Positions 13,059 through 32,687 of a DNA stretch of 64,000 nt are shown piece after piece. How positions within the stretch are numbered: position 1 is the stretch's first letter; each line of letters starts with the position of its first letter. A program made the translations under genes and the position numbers. The notes beneath the pieces were generated by a model, which was not told where the DNA came from, searched no databases, and worked only from the letters and a program-made list of their open reading frames with translations. This DNA is from Eledone cirrhosa (taxonomy: Eukaryota), in NCBI GenBank assembly GCA_964016885.1, contig OZ024742.1, forward strand, positions 362,142,001-362,206,000. Direction: 5' to 3'.

Positions 13059-13680
13059 GTGCATATATACATACATACACATATATACACACACACACAC
13101 ACACTTACATATACATATAATTATTGGGGGGGGGAATTAAATTTATTAGTGAGTAATAATAAATATATATAGTTTTCATGGAACATAGAGTCATAACCTG
13201 AAGTTAAAGCATTATATATGTTTACTTAATGGTATCAGTTTTAGGAAATGATATTTGTAATAAGGAAAGCAAAATGATGTAGTTCATCAGTAGTAGAATA
13301 TTAATTATAGGTTAACTAAATTAAAAATAATTTATATATTAATTTCTAAAGTGTATATTAATTAGGTTTATAATATTTAAAGGTTTTTCTCAGTTTATGA
13401 TTACACGATATTATTAATTCCTGTCGCTTAATTAATAGGATATCCTTAGATTTCATTATTTCAAAAAGTTCTTGGGAACATAATCTACATTCATATCTAC
13501 TATTTTGACAAGGGGTGGCCCTTTTGAGCACACTCCAGGTCAGGTCATATTCTATATTCCTCTTTCTATAACTATTAATTATTTCAGCTAGAGATGTTGT
13601 ATTAGCTAGTGCGGCATTTTTAAAACTATGTTTGTGGGTATTAAATCTTACTTTAAACCTTTAAATATTATAAACGCCCA
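12080..13680 (-). mobile_element. 5'-truncated Penelope-like element (GIY-YIG C-terminal remnant ~13380-13680 + 3' UTR/pLTR)
   Basis: Manual minus-strand translation RFKVRFNTHKHSF..SLAEII..TWSVL..CRLCSQE..LLIKRQELIISCNH matches the other PLE endonuclease ends; HHR at the 3' end. Confidence 0.8.
12134..12273 (-). ncRNA. Type I hammerhead ribozyme (family F) with ~100-nt stem II
   Basis: ATTATTT-CTGAAGA-CAG..CTA-GAAA-CGATCG-TA-AAATGAT; homolog at 45330-45463. Confidence 0.78.
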
Positions 13681-13684
13681 CTTT

Positions 13685-13812
13685 GTGGTTGCCTTAACAC
13701 CGTACGGCATAAATTCAGGCTGTCAGTTTGTTTACAAACGGACAAAGCGGGCGTTATAATAAGCGTCCGCTAAACTGATACGTACATATATGTATGTGTA
13801 CCTGTATGTATG

Positions 13813-13880
<68 letters not shown>

Positions 13881-14309
13881 TGCTACTGTACGTCTGTATA
13901 CATATATGTATGTACGTATACATACATACTTACATTTAAGTAAGTGCCGTACTAAGAGTGAGAAATGAAATTTCGTTTTCATTTTATTACAACTTATCGT
14001 TTTCGGTGCGTCTGGCCAACTGAACTCACTCGATATGCAAATTAGGCTGCTCAGCCGTTAATTTTCATAAGGAAAGTATATACTTTCGAACGTTCAACCA
14101 TCTGGCAGAAGGCTATACGGTGCTGATTATAGCTAGCGGGCTTGAAACTGGTACATCGTTCCTGTGTCAGTGTTGAACAAAAAGGTGACGTGGTTGCCTT
14201 AACACCGAACGGCATAAATTCAGGCTGTCAGTTTATTTACAAACGGACAAAGCGGGCGTTATAATAAGCGTCCGCTAAACTGATACGTACATATATGTAT
14301 GTGTACCTG

Positions 14310-14389
<80 letters not shown>

Positions 14390-14447
14390 TGCTACTGTAC
14401 GTCTGTATACATATATGTATGTACGTATACATACATACTTACATTTA
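13685..14447 (+). mobile_element. Retrozyme-like family B, ~1.5 tandem monomers (HHR at 14117-14159 mutated: CTGATTA)
   Basis: GTGGTTGCC start recurs at 14190; same monomer as 2654/3872 in another phase. Confidence 0.8.
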
Positions 14448-14735
14448 TGTATATATATATATATATATATAGATAGATATATAGATATATATAGTGAAAT
14501 ATTGAAGAATAACATGGTCAGCTGTACAACAAAGAGCTTTATTTCAAGTATTAGCAATTGCTTCATTGATCAGGTGAGGCTAAAGGCCGCTAATCACTCG
14601 AAGTTGCGTCACTCGACCTTCAATACAGTATTTAACTCTGATCAAATCCTCAGAATACTAGAGAACTCACATATGACATGGTATATATAGAGATACAGCA
14701 TTGAATCAAAACAATAACATCAATAATAAAATATA

Positions 14736-14799
<64 letters not shown>

Positions 14800-14801
<2 letters not shown>

Positions 14802-14898
14802 TGGTTACACAACAGTTAGTTCACCATACCGAGAACAATTGTTTCACCTCAGCGGATCCTCACCTCGTAATGATCCACTAAGGTGAAACAATTGTTCT
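14800..14898 (-). mobile_element. Short PLE 3'-terminal fragment (family G) with mutated HHR (GTGAGGA) and partial inverted copy
   Basis: Nearly identical to 35363-35435. Confidence 0.7.
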
Positions 14899-14968
14899 AC
14901 CTAACTCGTCCCAGGGACTGAGTGCTCTACCACTACGGATATTACCTTCCAGTGTCCTACCACTATAT

Positions 14969-16126
14969 CATCATCATCAGGTCGAGCTTGCTTGGCTTTC
15001 TACGACACGTTTCCTCCATCCATCTCTGTCTCTCATAGCGTTTGTCAGTTCTTCTGCAGTGCATCCAGTATCGTCCTCAAGTTGCTTGACGTATGTTTTC
15101 TTGGGACGACCAGCGTTTCTTGCTCCATGAGATGGACTCAATAACAATACATCACCTGCTATTTCTTCCTTGCTGCGCCAACAGTGGCCAGCAAATCTGA
15201 GTCTCTGTCCACGTATTGACCTGCTGATAGGTGGTATATTGCCATAGAGATCCTTATTTGTTGGGTGTTCCCTCCAAGACACGTTTCAAGCAGCACGGAT
15301 CAACATCAGGGCAAATACTTACTATTCGGCGTATCTTGGAAGGCGTAAAAGCCAAAAACCTCCCAGTAACTCTCCTGTTTATTGACCTTTCAAAAGCATT
15401 CGATTCCATCCATCATGGGAGGATGAGAGAGATACTTCTAGCCTACGGCTTGCCAAAGGAAACAGTAAATGCCATCATGATGTTATATAAAAACACCCGC
15501 GCAATGGTGCGCTCACCTGATGGAGATACCAACTTCTTTGACATCATTGCAGGAGTACTCCAAAGGGATACTCTTGCACCATATATTTTTATCATCTGCC
15601 TCGACTATGTATTGAGAAAAGCCCTGGACGAAAACTTAGAGCTTGGTTTCATTCTCACAAAGCGAACGTGTAGACGCCATGCAGCTCAGAAAATCACCGA
15701 TGCTGACTATGCGGATGATTTAGCGGTCCTCGCTGACTACCTTAAGGATGCAACATCACTACTTCACAGCATCGAATCAGTTGCAAAGGAAATCGGACAC
15801 TAGGTCAACGCAGGCAAAACAGAATATATTTGCCTGTACCAAGACTCTTCAGTTGGTATGCGAAATCTAAACGGCGATATAATCAAGCAAGTTGACGACT
15901 TCAAATACCTGGGTAGCTATATCGCCTCCACAGAACATGATGTTAACATCAGTCTGGGAAAAGCCAGGGCAGCATTGAATGCAATGGAAAAAATATGGAA
16001 ATCAAACCTGCCGGCCAAATTGAAAAGGAATTTCTTCAGAGCTGCTGTGGAATCTGTGCTTGTTTATGGGTCTATCACTTCGACGCTAACGTCGAAACTG
16101 GAGAAAAAGCTAGACGGGGCATACAC
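14969..16126. mobile_element. RTE-clade LINE fragment with 5' inversion; TSD ACCACTATAT
   Basis: Minus arm 14969-15293 encodes C-terminus (LRFAGHCWR, GRPKKTY) with (TGA)n tail; plus arm 15295-16126 encodes RT (IDLSKAFDS, DYADD, FKYLGS); TSD at 14959 and 16125. Confidence 0.9.
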
Positions 16127-16166
<40 letters not shown>

Positions 16167-16222
16167 AAATAATTAAGTCAAATATGTAAAATTTGGCTTC
16201 GTTTATTATAAATTATAGATAT

Positions 16223-16277
16223 ACTGCTATATATATTTCGCGGACAACCATCATTGGCTGTGACCTCTTCAGGCAGT
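16223..16277 (-). ncRNA. Type I hammerhead ribozyme (family C)
   Basis: ACTGC-CTGAAGA-GGTCACAGCCAATGATGGTTGTCCGC-GAAA-TATATA-TA-GCAGT; stem II covaries with the 5341 copy. Confidence 0.85.
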
Positions 16278-16938
16278 CCGAATCGGTGTGGGAAAGACAG
16301 GTACACATGTTGTTGAAGTGTGTTTTACTCCGTCAATACATCGATATGCCCAGCTCCTGGTTGTGTTGTTATTCTTCTGAGGAACTGGAATCATATGGGT
16401 TAGAACAAACGAATTTCGGCGTCATTGGACACGCTCGCATCCCATTGGTCAGTTGTGAGAACATTCCTCAGTCAAAAGTCTATAGAAATTTTTCTGAGGC
16501 AAGACAATCTGTTATAGTTGCTTTTGTTTAAGTACAGCTGACCTCCTCCATTGTGTTGGTAGTAGTAGTGGTGTTAAGGGGTCAGCTGACAGGTCAGCTT
16601 TAGTGTGCTGCTGCTATGTTCTGAAGAATTTGTGTGTGTAGTGTGGTATACATTCTGCCACCATTTCACGTGATGGGGGTGCCAAACAAATAAAAAAATA
16701 AAAAATGCGTGTGTTACAACCAATATCAAAATTTGAAACATATTAACTGAAGTAGAAAACCTGTGTGTCAGAATCGAGAAGTGTAAGAATTACAATTCTT
16801 ATTTTATCATCGAGTAGTGCGTTTTAAGAGCAAATGAGATAAAAGTGGAGTGTAAAACACCATAAACCTGAGTGTCAAAATCCTGAAATGCAAAGGACTA
16901 CAGTTCCTATTTCCGCATAAAGTACATATGCTTGTACT

Positions 16939-17009
<71 letters not shown>

Positions 17010-17031
17010 GTGTAATAAACAATACAATATA

Positions 17032-17109
17032 ATTACCTCATTACCAGAGGTTTCCCGAATAAGACGAATACGAAAAAAACGTCCTCATTCGTTCGTCGGA
17101 CAAGGTAAT
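17032..17109 (-). ncRNA. Variant hammerhead (family H; CCGACGA core)
   Basis: ATTACCTTGT-CCGACGA-ACGAATGAGGACG..CGTCTTATTCGG-GAAA-CCTCTGG-TA-ATGAGGTAAT; 10-bp stem I; copy at 21599-21676 has TAAA in place of GAAA. Confidence 0.7.
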
Positions 17110-17729
17110 ATAAAACATAGTGAAATATTTGGAAAGTCTCATCAAGAAATGCAAAAAATATATAAATAAAATAAGCAAGAGATATATTAAAAAATATAGA
17201 AAAATATACAAAAAATATAAGGAAATATAGTTAGTATGTATATATGTATGTATATACACTCACAAATGTACATATGTGTGTATGTACAAATGCATGTGTA
17301 TGGTGAAAATGTGTGCGTAAGTACATATATGAGGGCAAGTATATTTGTGTATATGTGACCACAAATACGGGTATAATATGAGTTGAAAGAGAAGATGATG
17401 ATATAGTTGACACGCATCTAGATACAGGTATTAAATACACATACGAGTATGAAAGCACGCGTATAAACACACACATACGCGCGGTCATTTAGTGAAAAGA
17501 AGTGTCATTCTCGATATATGTATAAAAATGAAACAATATATGAGAATGAAAAAAAATTTTTAAATGAAAGAGAAAGTAATCAATCAACACTAGAGAAAAG
17601 AAAACAAACATAGGGACGCACGTACATACACATATATCTATAAATAACATATATCCATAAAAATATTTATACACACAAATACGTACAGACAAAAGCGCAT
17701 GTATGCGTACATACATACACACGAGGCAC

Positions 17730-17821
<92 letters not shown>

Positions 17822-18120
17822 CCCCATGTATATCTAATCACACGTACGTACGCGAATATAATATACACACACACACATACACACCCATACATACGCATAC
17901 ACACATACACACATACACACACATTCACGTACATTCACCCGCTTACGCACGCACGTAAAAATAAGAATGTAAAAAACAGATGTAAAAACATAGATATAAA
18001 AACACACATACACACACATATATATACACGCACACATACAGAGGCGCTCGTATACATATACAGAACGTATACACACATAAAAACACTCAGACATATAGAT
18101 ACAGAGTATAAAGCAGTCTT

Positions 18121-19870
18121 ATGAATAAAGTTAATAATAATTTACATAACCATCTCTTAATAGATAACATCACCTCTAAATACCAAATAGCTAATATAAA
18201 CACGTATCATAATATAAAGAAGGAAGCTAAAGAATTAGCTAGTTCTTTAAAAATAGATAATAGGACAGACAAACTTGCTAAACGTAATGAATATATCACC
18301 CTTAAAGATCACAAACCTGACTTTATTAATCGTCCTAGTTGTAGATTAATCAACCCTGCTAAGACTGATATCGGTCTTGTCAGCAAAATTTTTTTAAATA
18401 ATATGAACACACAGATTAGAAGTAAGTCTAAATTACTCCAATGGATAAATAGCTCTTCCGTAGTACATTGGTTTAATAAAATTAAAGATAAAAATAGTTC
18501 TAGATTCACCCAATTTGACATTGTAGATTTCTACCCGTCTCTCACTCAGACTCTTTTAGCGAAAGCCTTAAATTTCGCTAGAAAGTTTACCAATATCTCT
18601 GATATTGAAGAGAATGTCATCTTGCATGCTAGAAACACTCTACTCTTTACTGATAATGACACTTGGGTAAAAATATCTAACCCAGAGAGCCCATTCGATG
18701 TCTCAATGGGCTCTTTTGACAGTGCTGATGTTTGTGATTTAGTCGGCCTATTCCTCCTACACACACTGAAAGAAAAATTCCCTAACCATATTTTTGGGCT
18801 TTATCGCGACGATGGTCTAATACTTTCCCATACCACCATAGGCCATAACTTAGATAGATTAAGGAAAGACTTAATAAAAACCTTTGCTAGTTTTAATCTT
18901 AAAATTACTATTGACACTAACCTTTCCAATGTTATCTTTCTAGATATAAACCTAGATTTGCCTACTGCTTCTTATAAACCATACCATAAACCCAATGAAA
19001 ATTTAAAATACATAAATAAAGGCTCTTGCCATCCTCCTATAGTTTTTAAAAACCTTATCCCTAATATTAGTCGTAGGATCTCCACCCTCTCTTCCTCAGA
19101 AGCTATTTTCAATAAGGCATCCCCCTACTATAATAAAGCCCTTCAAAATAGCGGTTTAGGGAAACCGATTAAGTACATACCCAACAATACTAACTCTGTT
19201 AAACATAATAATAGGAAAAGAAAAATAATCTGGTTCACACACCCCTACTCTCTAGCAGTTAAACTAATGTAGGCAAAAAATTCCTAGAGCTCTTAGATAA
19301 ACATTTCCCTAGAACACATAGATACTATAAGACCTTCAATAGAAACTATTTCAAAATTAGCTACTCCTGCGGTCTCCCTATTAAATCTTATATCATCAAT
19401 AAGAATTCACCTAGAGAACATCAAAATTGCTCCTGTAGAGTCAAAAGTGAATGCCCATGACAAGGTAAATGCAACACCAAAGCCATTGTATATGCGGCTA
19501 AAGTGACAACCATTAGCAACAACCAACCAGCCACCAGTGAGCGATATGTGGGTTTGACACAAGACAAATTCAAAACGCGTTATTACTCACATGTCGCATC
19601 TTTCCGACATCCAGAAAAAAGATTCACAACAGCTCTGGCTAGCAGAATATGGGATTTGAAAGACCAAGGTATCCAATATAAATTGGATTGGTCAATCTTG
19701 AACCAATCTAAAGAATATGAAAGAGGACAAGAAGATGCACACTCTGCATAAGTGAAAAATATTAGATTTTACAAAACCTTAAATCACCAAAGACCTGCCT
19801 AAATACAAAAACGGAAATTTTCACCAGTTGCCCACACATGAAATCACACTTGCTTTCCAGCTCATATAAA
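18121..19870 (+). pseudogene. PLE reverse transcriptase + GIY-YIG endonuclease (frameshifted, 5'-truncated)
   Basis: CRLINP, FDIVDFYPS, SMGS, YRDDG, FLDI (RT); CSCR..CP, IVYAAKV..YVGLT, FKTRYYSH, CPH (EN); frameshift ~19262, TGA at 19458. Confidence 0.92.
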
Positions 19871-20616
19871 CTTAATTCACTTTCAGATACTTATCCTTCA
19901 TAATCTCTTATTCTTCACTTTCCTTAAATTATTCTCTTTACAGATTTCTTTTTCTAATTTACTTTCATTTTTAACTTTATTTTTAATTTTATTTTTTTAC
20001 TTCACATCCACCAGTAACCCCCCCCCCCTACTCTTCGATTCACTTACCTAATAACTTCACATTCCACATGTTACTCCCCCATTTTCTTTCACTACCTGAT
20101 TTCCTTGTCACTTGCGTTTTCCACTCCAGATATATTCTGTTGTTTCGCAGCAGTTTTTATATTAGTACTCATTTATTCATAAGGCTGCTTTATACTCTGT
20201 ATCTATATGTCTCAGTGTTTTTATGTGTCTATACGTTCTGTATATGTATACGAGCGCCTCTGTATGTGTGCGTGCGTGCGTGTATATATATATATATGTG
20301 TGTATGTGTGTTTTTATATCTATGTTTTTACATCTGTTTTTTACATTCTTATTCTTACGTGCGTGCGTAAGCGGGTGAATGTACGTGAATGTGTGTGTAT
20401 GTGTGTATGTGTGTATGTGTGTATGTGTGTATGCGTATGTATGGGTGTGTATGTGTGTGTGTGTATATTATAGTCGCGTACGTACGTGTGATTAGATATA
20501 CATGGGGATATATATATATATATATATGTAGGAGGTGAGTTTTATTGTAGTACAATAAAGCAATGCAGATATCGGATAAGAAGCACTCTACAGTTTGTGG
20601 GACTGGAGTATGCATA

Positions 20617-20954
20617 ATATAAGATCAAAAGATGGTTAAAGGAGTTCCATATATTTTATTATGCGCATTTCAAAAACAAACATCATCAAGCAATAATATT
20701 TGTGTTTTCATCAGATAAAACAGGAGAACATGATATGAAGGCTAAAAAAACACTTGTTGATAGTGCAGTTTTAAATCAACATATATGATATGTTGATTTA
20801 AAACTGCACTATCAACAAGTGTTTTTTAGCCTTCATATCATGTTCTCCTGTTTTATCTGATGAAAACACAAATATTATTGCTTGATGATGTTTGTTTTTG
20901 AAATGCGCATAATAAAATATATGGAACTCCTTTAACCATCTTTTGATCTTATAT
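20617..20954. mobile_element. Palindromic insert (~168-bp arms) carrying a hammerhead on each strand (family I)
   Basis: Arms 20617-20784 and 20788-20954; HHR TTTTAT-CTGATGA-AAACACAAAT..TTTGTTTTT-GAAA-TGCGCA-TA-ATAAAA at 20851-20917 (+) and 20654-20720 (-); absent from the left inverted repeat of the host PLE. Confidence 0.85.
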
Positions 20955-21724
20955 ATATATATATATATATATACACGTGCCTTGTGTCTATGGATGTACG
21001 CATACATGCGCTTTTGTCTGTACGTATTTGTGTGTATAAATATTTTTATGGATATATGTTATTTATAGATATATGTGTATGTACGTGCGTCCCTATGTGT
21101 GTTTTATTTTCTCTAGTGTTGATTGATTACTTTCTCTTTCATTTAAAATTTTTTTTCATTCTCATGTATTGTTTCATTTTTATACATATATCGAGAATGA
21201 CACTTCTTTTCACTAAGTGACCGCGCGTATGTGTGTGTTTATACGCGTGCTTTCATACTCGTATGTTTATTTAATACCTGTATCTAGATGCGTGTCAACT
21301 ATATCATCATCTTCTCTTTCAACTCATATTATATCCGTATTTGTGGTCACATTTACACAAATATACTTGCCCTCATATATGTACTTACGCACACATTTTC
21401 ACCATACACATGCATTTGTACATACACACATATGTACATTTGTGAGTGTATATACATACATATATACATACCTAACTATATTTCCCTATATTTTTTGTAT
21501 ATTTTTCTATATTTTTTAATATATCTCTTACATTACTTTTATTTATATATTTTTTGCATTTCTTGATGAGACTTTCCAAATATTTCACTATGTTTTATAT
21601 TACCTTGTCCGACGAACGAATGAGGACGTCTTTTTGGTATTCGTCTTATTCGCTAAACCTCTGGTAATGAGGTAATTATATTGTATTGTTTAATATACAT
21701 TAAATTTTGCTCTGGTACTTACAT

Positions 21725-23272
<1,548 letters not shown>

Positions 23273-23396
23273 GAATATAGACATAGAATATTCGAAAATA
23301 TTCTGTATGTTTATAATAAACATTTTGAAGACCTAATCGCTATAGAATAGAATACGTCACGTATTACAATTCGATTCTCGATAAAAGCAAGGGAAG

Positions 23397-23437
23397 TAAT
23401 CTACGCGTTTCATTCTCGTTAGAAATCATCAGGACTA
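23397..23437 (-). ncRNA. Type I minimal hammerhead (family J), first of 7 minus-strand copies at 310-bp spacing
   Basis: TAGTC-CTGATGA-TTTCTAACGAGAAT-GAAA-CGCG-TA-GATTA. Confidence 0.9.
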
Positions 23438-25639
23438 CATATCCAGTGCTTTTATCGAGAATGACACAGCTAGAGACTTATAGAATACTTAGCTGTGTAC
23501 AGGAACTGGTTTGAAAGAGCGGTTGCCGGTCCGGCAGAAATTAGAAATTGGAATAAATGCTCTGAAATAGCGATATATATGTGAATATAGACATAGAATA
23601 TTCGAAAATATTCTGTATGTTTATAATAAACATTTTGAAGACCTAATCGCTATAGAATAGAATACGTCACGTATTACAATTAGATTCTCGATAAAAGCAA
23701 GGGAAGTAATCTACGCGTTTCATTCTCGTTAGAAATCATCAGGACTACATATCCAGTGCTTTTATCGAGAATGACACAGCTAGAGACTTATAGAATACTT
23801 AGCTGTGTACAGGAACTGGTTTGAAAGAGCGGTTGCCGGTCCGGCAGAAATTAGAAATTGGAATAAATGCTCTGAAATAGCGATATATATGTGAATATAG
23901 ACATAGAATATTCGAAAATATTCTGTATGTTTATAATAAACATTTTGAAGACCTAATCGCTATAGAATAGAATACGTCACGTATTACAATTAGATTCTCG
24001 ATAAAAGCAAGGGAAGTAATCTACGCGTTTCATTCTCGTTAGAAATCATCAGGACTACATATCCAGTGCTTTTATCGAGAATGACACAGCTAGAGACTTA
24101 TAGAATACTTAGCTGTGTACAGGAACTGGTTTGAAAGAGCGGTTGCCGGTCCGGCAGAAATTAGAAATTGGAATAAATGCTCTGAAATAGCGATATATAT
24201 GTGAATATAGACATAGAATATTCGAAAATATTCTGTATGTTTATAATAAACATTTTGAAGACCTAATCGCTATAGAATAGAATACGTCACGTATTACAAT
24301 TAGATTCTCGATAAAAGCAAGGGAAGTAATCTACGCGTTTCATTCTCGTTAGAAATCATCAGGACTACATATCCAGTGCTTTTATCGAGAATGACACAGC
24401 TAGAGACTTATAGAATACTTAGCTGTGTACAGGAACTGGTTTGAAAGAGCGGTTGCCGGTCCGGCAGAAATTAGAAATTGGAATAAATGCTCTGAAATAG
24501 CGATATATATGTGAATATAGACATAGAATATTCGAAAATATTCTGTATGTTTATAATAAACATTTTGAAGACCTAATCGCTATAGAATAGAATACGTCAC
24601 GTATTACAATTAGATTCTCGATAAAAGCAAGGGAAGTAATCTACGCGTTTCATTCTCGTTAGAAATCATCAGGACTACATATCCAGTGCTTTTATCGAGA
24701 ATGACACAGCTAGAGACTTATAGAATACTTAGCTGTGTACAGGAACTGGTTTGAAAGAGCGGTTGCCGGTCCGGCAGAAATTAGAAATTGGAATAAATGC
24801 TCTGAAATAGCGATATATATGTGAATATAGACATAGAATATTCGAAAATATTCTGTATGTTTATAATAAACATTTTGAAGACCTAATCGCTATAGAATAG
24901 AATACGTCACGTATTACAATTAGATTCTCGATAAAAGCAAGGGAAGTAATCTACGCGTTTCATTCTCGTTAGAAATCATCAGGACTACATATCCAGTGCT
25001 TTTATCGAGAATGACACAGCTAGAGACTTATAGAATACTTAGCTGTGTACAGGAACTGGTTTGAAAGAGCGGTTGCCGGTCCGGCAGAAATTAGAAATTG
25101 GAATAAATGCTCTGAAATAGCGATATATATGTGAATATAGACATAGAATATTCGAAAATATTCTGTATGTTTATAATAAACATTTTGAAGACCTAATCGC
25201 TATAGAATAGAATACGTCACGTATTACAATTAGATTCTCGATAAAAGCAAGGGAAGTAATCTACGCGTTTCATTCTCGTTAGAAATCATCAGGACTACAT
25301 ATCCAGTGCTTTTATCGAGAATGACACAGCTAGAGACTTATAGAATACTTAGAATGAAACGCGTAGATTACTTCCCTTGCTTTTATCGAGAATCTAATTG
25401 TAATACGTGACGTATTCTATTCTATAGCGATTAGGTCTTCAAAATGTTTATTATAAACATACAGAATATTTTCGAATATTCTATGTCTATATTCACATAT
25501 ATATCGCTATTTCAGAGCATTTATTCCAATTTCTAATTTCTGCCGGACCGGCAACCGCTCTTTCAAACCAGTTCCTGTACACAGCTAAGTATTCTATAAG
25601 TCTCTAGCTGTGTCATTCTCGATAAAAGCACTGGATATG

Positions 25640-25680
25640 TAGTCCTGATGATTTCTAACGAGAATGAAACGCGTAGATTA
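25640..25680 (+). ncRNA. Type I minimal hammerhead (family J), first of 6 complete plus-strand copies; predicted cleavage after GUA 25675
   Basis: TAGTC-CTGATGA-TTTCTAACGAGAAT-GAAA-CGCG-TA-GATTA; palindromic stem III ACGCGT. Confidence 0.9.
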
Positions 25681-27384
25681 CTTCCCTTGCTTTTATCGAG
25701 AATCTAATTGTAATACGTGACGTATTCTATTCTATAGCGATTAGGTCTTCAAAATGTTTATTATAAACATACAGAATATTTTCGAATATTCTATGTCTAT
25801 ATTCACATATATATCGCTATTTCAGAGCATTTATTCCAATTTCTAATTTCTGCCGGACCGGCAACCGCTCTTTCAAACCAGTTCCTGTACACAGCTAAGT
25901 ATTCTATAAGTCTCTAGCTGTGTCATTCTCGATAAAAGCACTGGATATGTAGTCCTGATGATTTCTAACGAGAATGAAACGCGTAGATTACTTCCCTTGC
26001 TTTTATCGAGAATCTAATTGTAATACGTGACGTATTCTATTCTATAGCGATTAGGTCTTCAAAATGTTTATTATAAACATACAGAATATTTTCGAATATT
26101 CTATGTCTATATTCACATATATATCGCTATTTCAGAGCATTTATTCCAATTTCTAATTTCTGCCGGACCGGCAACCGCTCTTTCAAACCAGTTCCTGTAC
26201 ACAGCTAAGTATTCTATAAGTCTCTAGCTGTGTCATTCTCGATAAAAGCACTGGATATGTAGTCCTGATGATTTCTAACGAGAATGAAACGCGTAGATTA
26301 CTTCCCTTGCTTTTATCGAGAATCTAATTGTAATACGTGACGTATTCTATTCTATAGCGATTAGGTCTTCAAAATGTTTATTATAAACATACAGAATATT
26401 TTCGAATATTCTATGTCTATATTCACATATATATCGCTATTTCAGAGCATTTATTCCAATTTCTAATTTCTGCCGGACCGGCAACCGCTCTTTCAAACCA
26501 GTTCCTGTACACAGCTAAGTATTCTATAAGTCTCTAGCTGTGTCATTCTCGATAAAAGCACTGGATATGTAGTCCTGATGATTTCTAACGAGAATGAAAC
26601 GCGTAGATTACTTCCCTTGCTTTTATCGAGAATCTAATTGTAATACGTGACGTATTCTATTCTATAGCGATTAGGTCTTCAAAATGTTTATTATAAACAT
26701 ACAGAATATTTTCGAATATTCTATGTCTATATTCACATATATATCGCTATTTCAGAGCATTTATTCCAATTTCTAATTTCTGCCGGACCGGCAACCGCTC
26801 TTTCAAACCAGTTCCTGTACACAGCTAAGTATTCTATAAGTCTCTAGCTGTGTCATTCTCGATAAAAGCACTGGATATGTAGTCCTGATGATTTCTAACG
26901 AGAATGAAACGCGTAGATTACTTCCCTTGCTTTTATCGAGAATCTAATTGTAATACGTGACGTATTCTATTCTATAGCGATTAGGTCTTCAAAATGTTTA
27001 TTATAAACATACAGAATATTTTCGAATATTCTATGTCTATATTCACATATATATCGCTATTTCAGAGCATTTATTCCAATTTCTAATTTCTGCCGGACCG
27101 GCAACCGCTCTTTCAAACCAGTTCCTGTACACAGCTAAGTATTCTATAAGTCTCTAGCTGTGTCATTCTCGATAAAAGCACTGGATATGTAGTCCTGATG
27201 ATTTCTAACGAGAATGAAACGCGTAGATTACTTCCCTTGCTTTTATCGAGAATCTAATTGTAATACGTGACGTATTCTATTCTATAGCGATTAGGTCTTC
27301 AAAATGTTTATTATAAACATACAGAATATTTTCGAATATTCTATGTCTATATTCACATATATATCGCTATTTCAGAGCATTTAT

Positions 27385-31906
<4,522 letters not shown>

Positions 31907-31908
31907 AT

Positions 31909-32056
<148 letters not shown>

Positions 32057-32204
32057 AGTAAGAATATTTTCGAAACAGCGAGTTGGTTTGAAATTATTAG
32101 AAATGTAAGGTATCGCCGTATTTTGACTGAAGAAATTAATAAAATTATTTAGACTGATAGTGGGGTTAAGAACCCTCGTAGAAATAGAAAAAGATGAGTA
32201 TTGA

Positions 32205-32279
<75 letters not shown>

Positions 32280-32603
32280 TTAGTTATACTATTTATGGTT
32301 ATGTAAACACAAAACCTTAAGCAGTTGTAAGTATTTTACACACACCCTAAATAGTGGTAGGCAGTAATGTATTACTACCTTATTACCAGTAAGTTAAGTA
32401 GCTCAATGTAAAAACATCAGATGATTTACAGAGCAGTTATATGAAATATAAGAATCAAAGAACTGTTCAAAACATTATTGTGCTTACTTTGTAATGAATG
32501 TTGACCCACAATGTTTGAATATGTATTAATGTTTGAATATGTATTGGTATGTCTCTCGGCTGAAAAGGAGGTCATATAACTGTCCATGCATTAATAAATT
32601 GCT

Positions 32604-32640
32604 CCGAAGAATCCAAACCTCGGTTTGGAGGAAACAGCTG

Positions 32641-32642
<2 letters not shown>
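32604..32642 (+). ncRNA. Variant/truncated hammerhead core (family L; CCGAAGA)
   Basis: CCGAAGA-ATCCAAACCTCGGTTTGGAG-GAAA-CAGCTG-TA; 3' strand of stem I missing. Confidence 0.55.

Positions 32643-32687
<45 letters not shown>

Larger units (their letters stand above)
17017..21691 (+). mobile_element. Penelope-like element, 5'-truncated, with ~1.1-kb inverted copy of its 3' terminus (17017-18129 vs 20172-21691)
   Basis: RT + GIY-YIG coding region between long inverted repeats; an HHR-like motif at each outer end. Confidence 0.9.

Noticed and set aside
19458-19460. In-frame TGA in the PLE Cys-rich linker as selenocysteine (as reported for Naiad PLEs)
   Set aside because: It aligns with Leu (CP*QGKC vs YPLQQQC), not Cys; the copy has other frameshifts; no SECIS recognised
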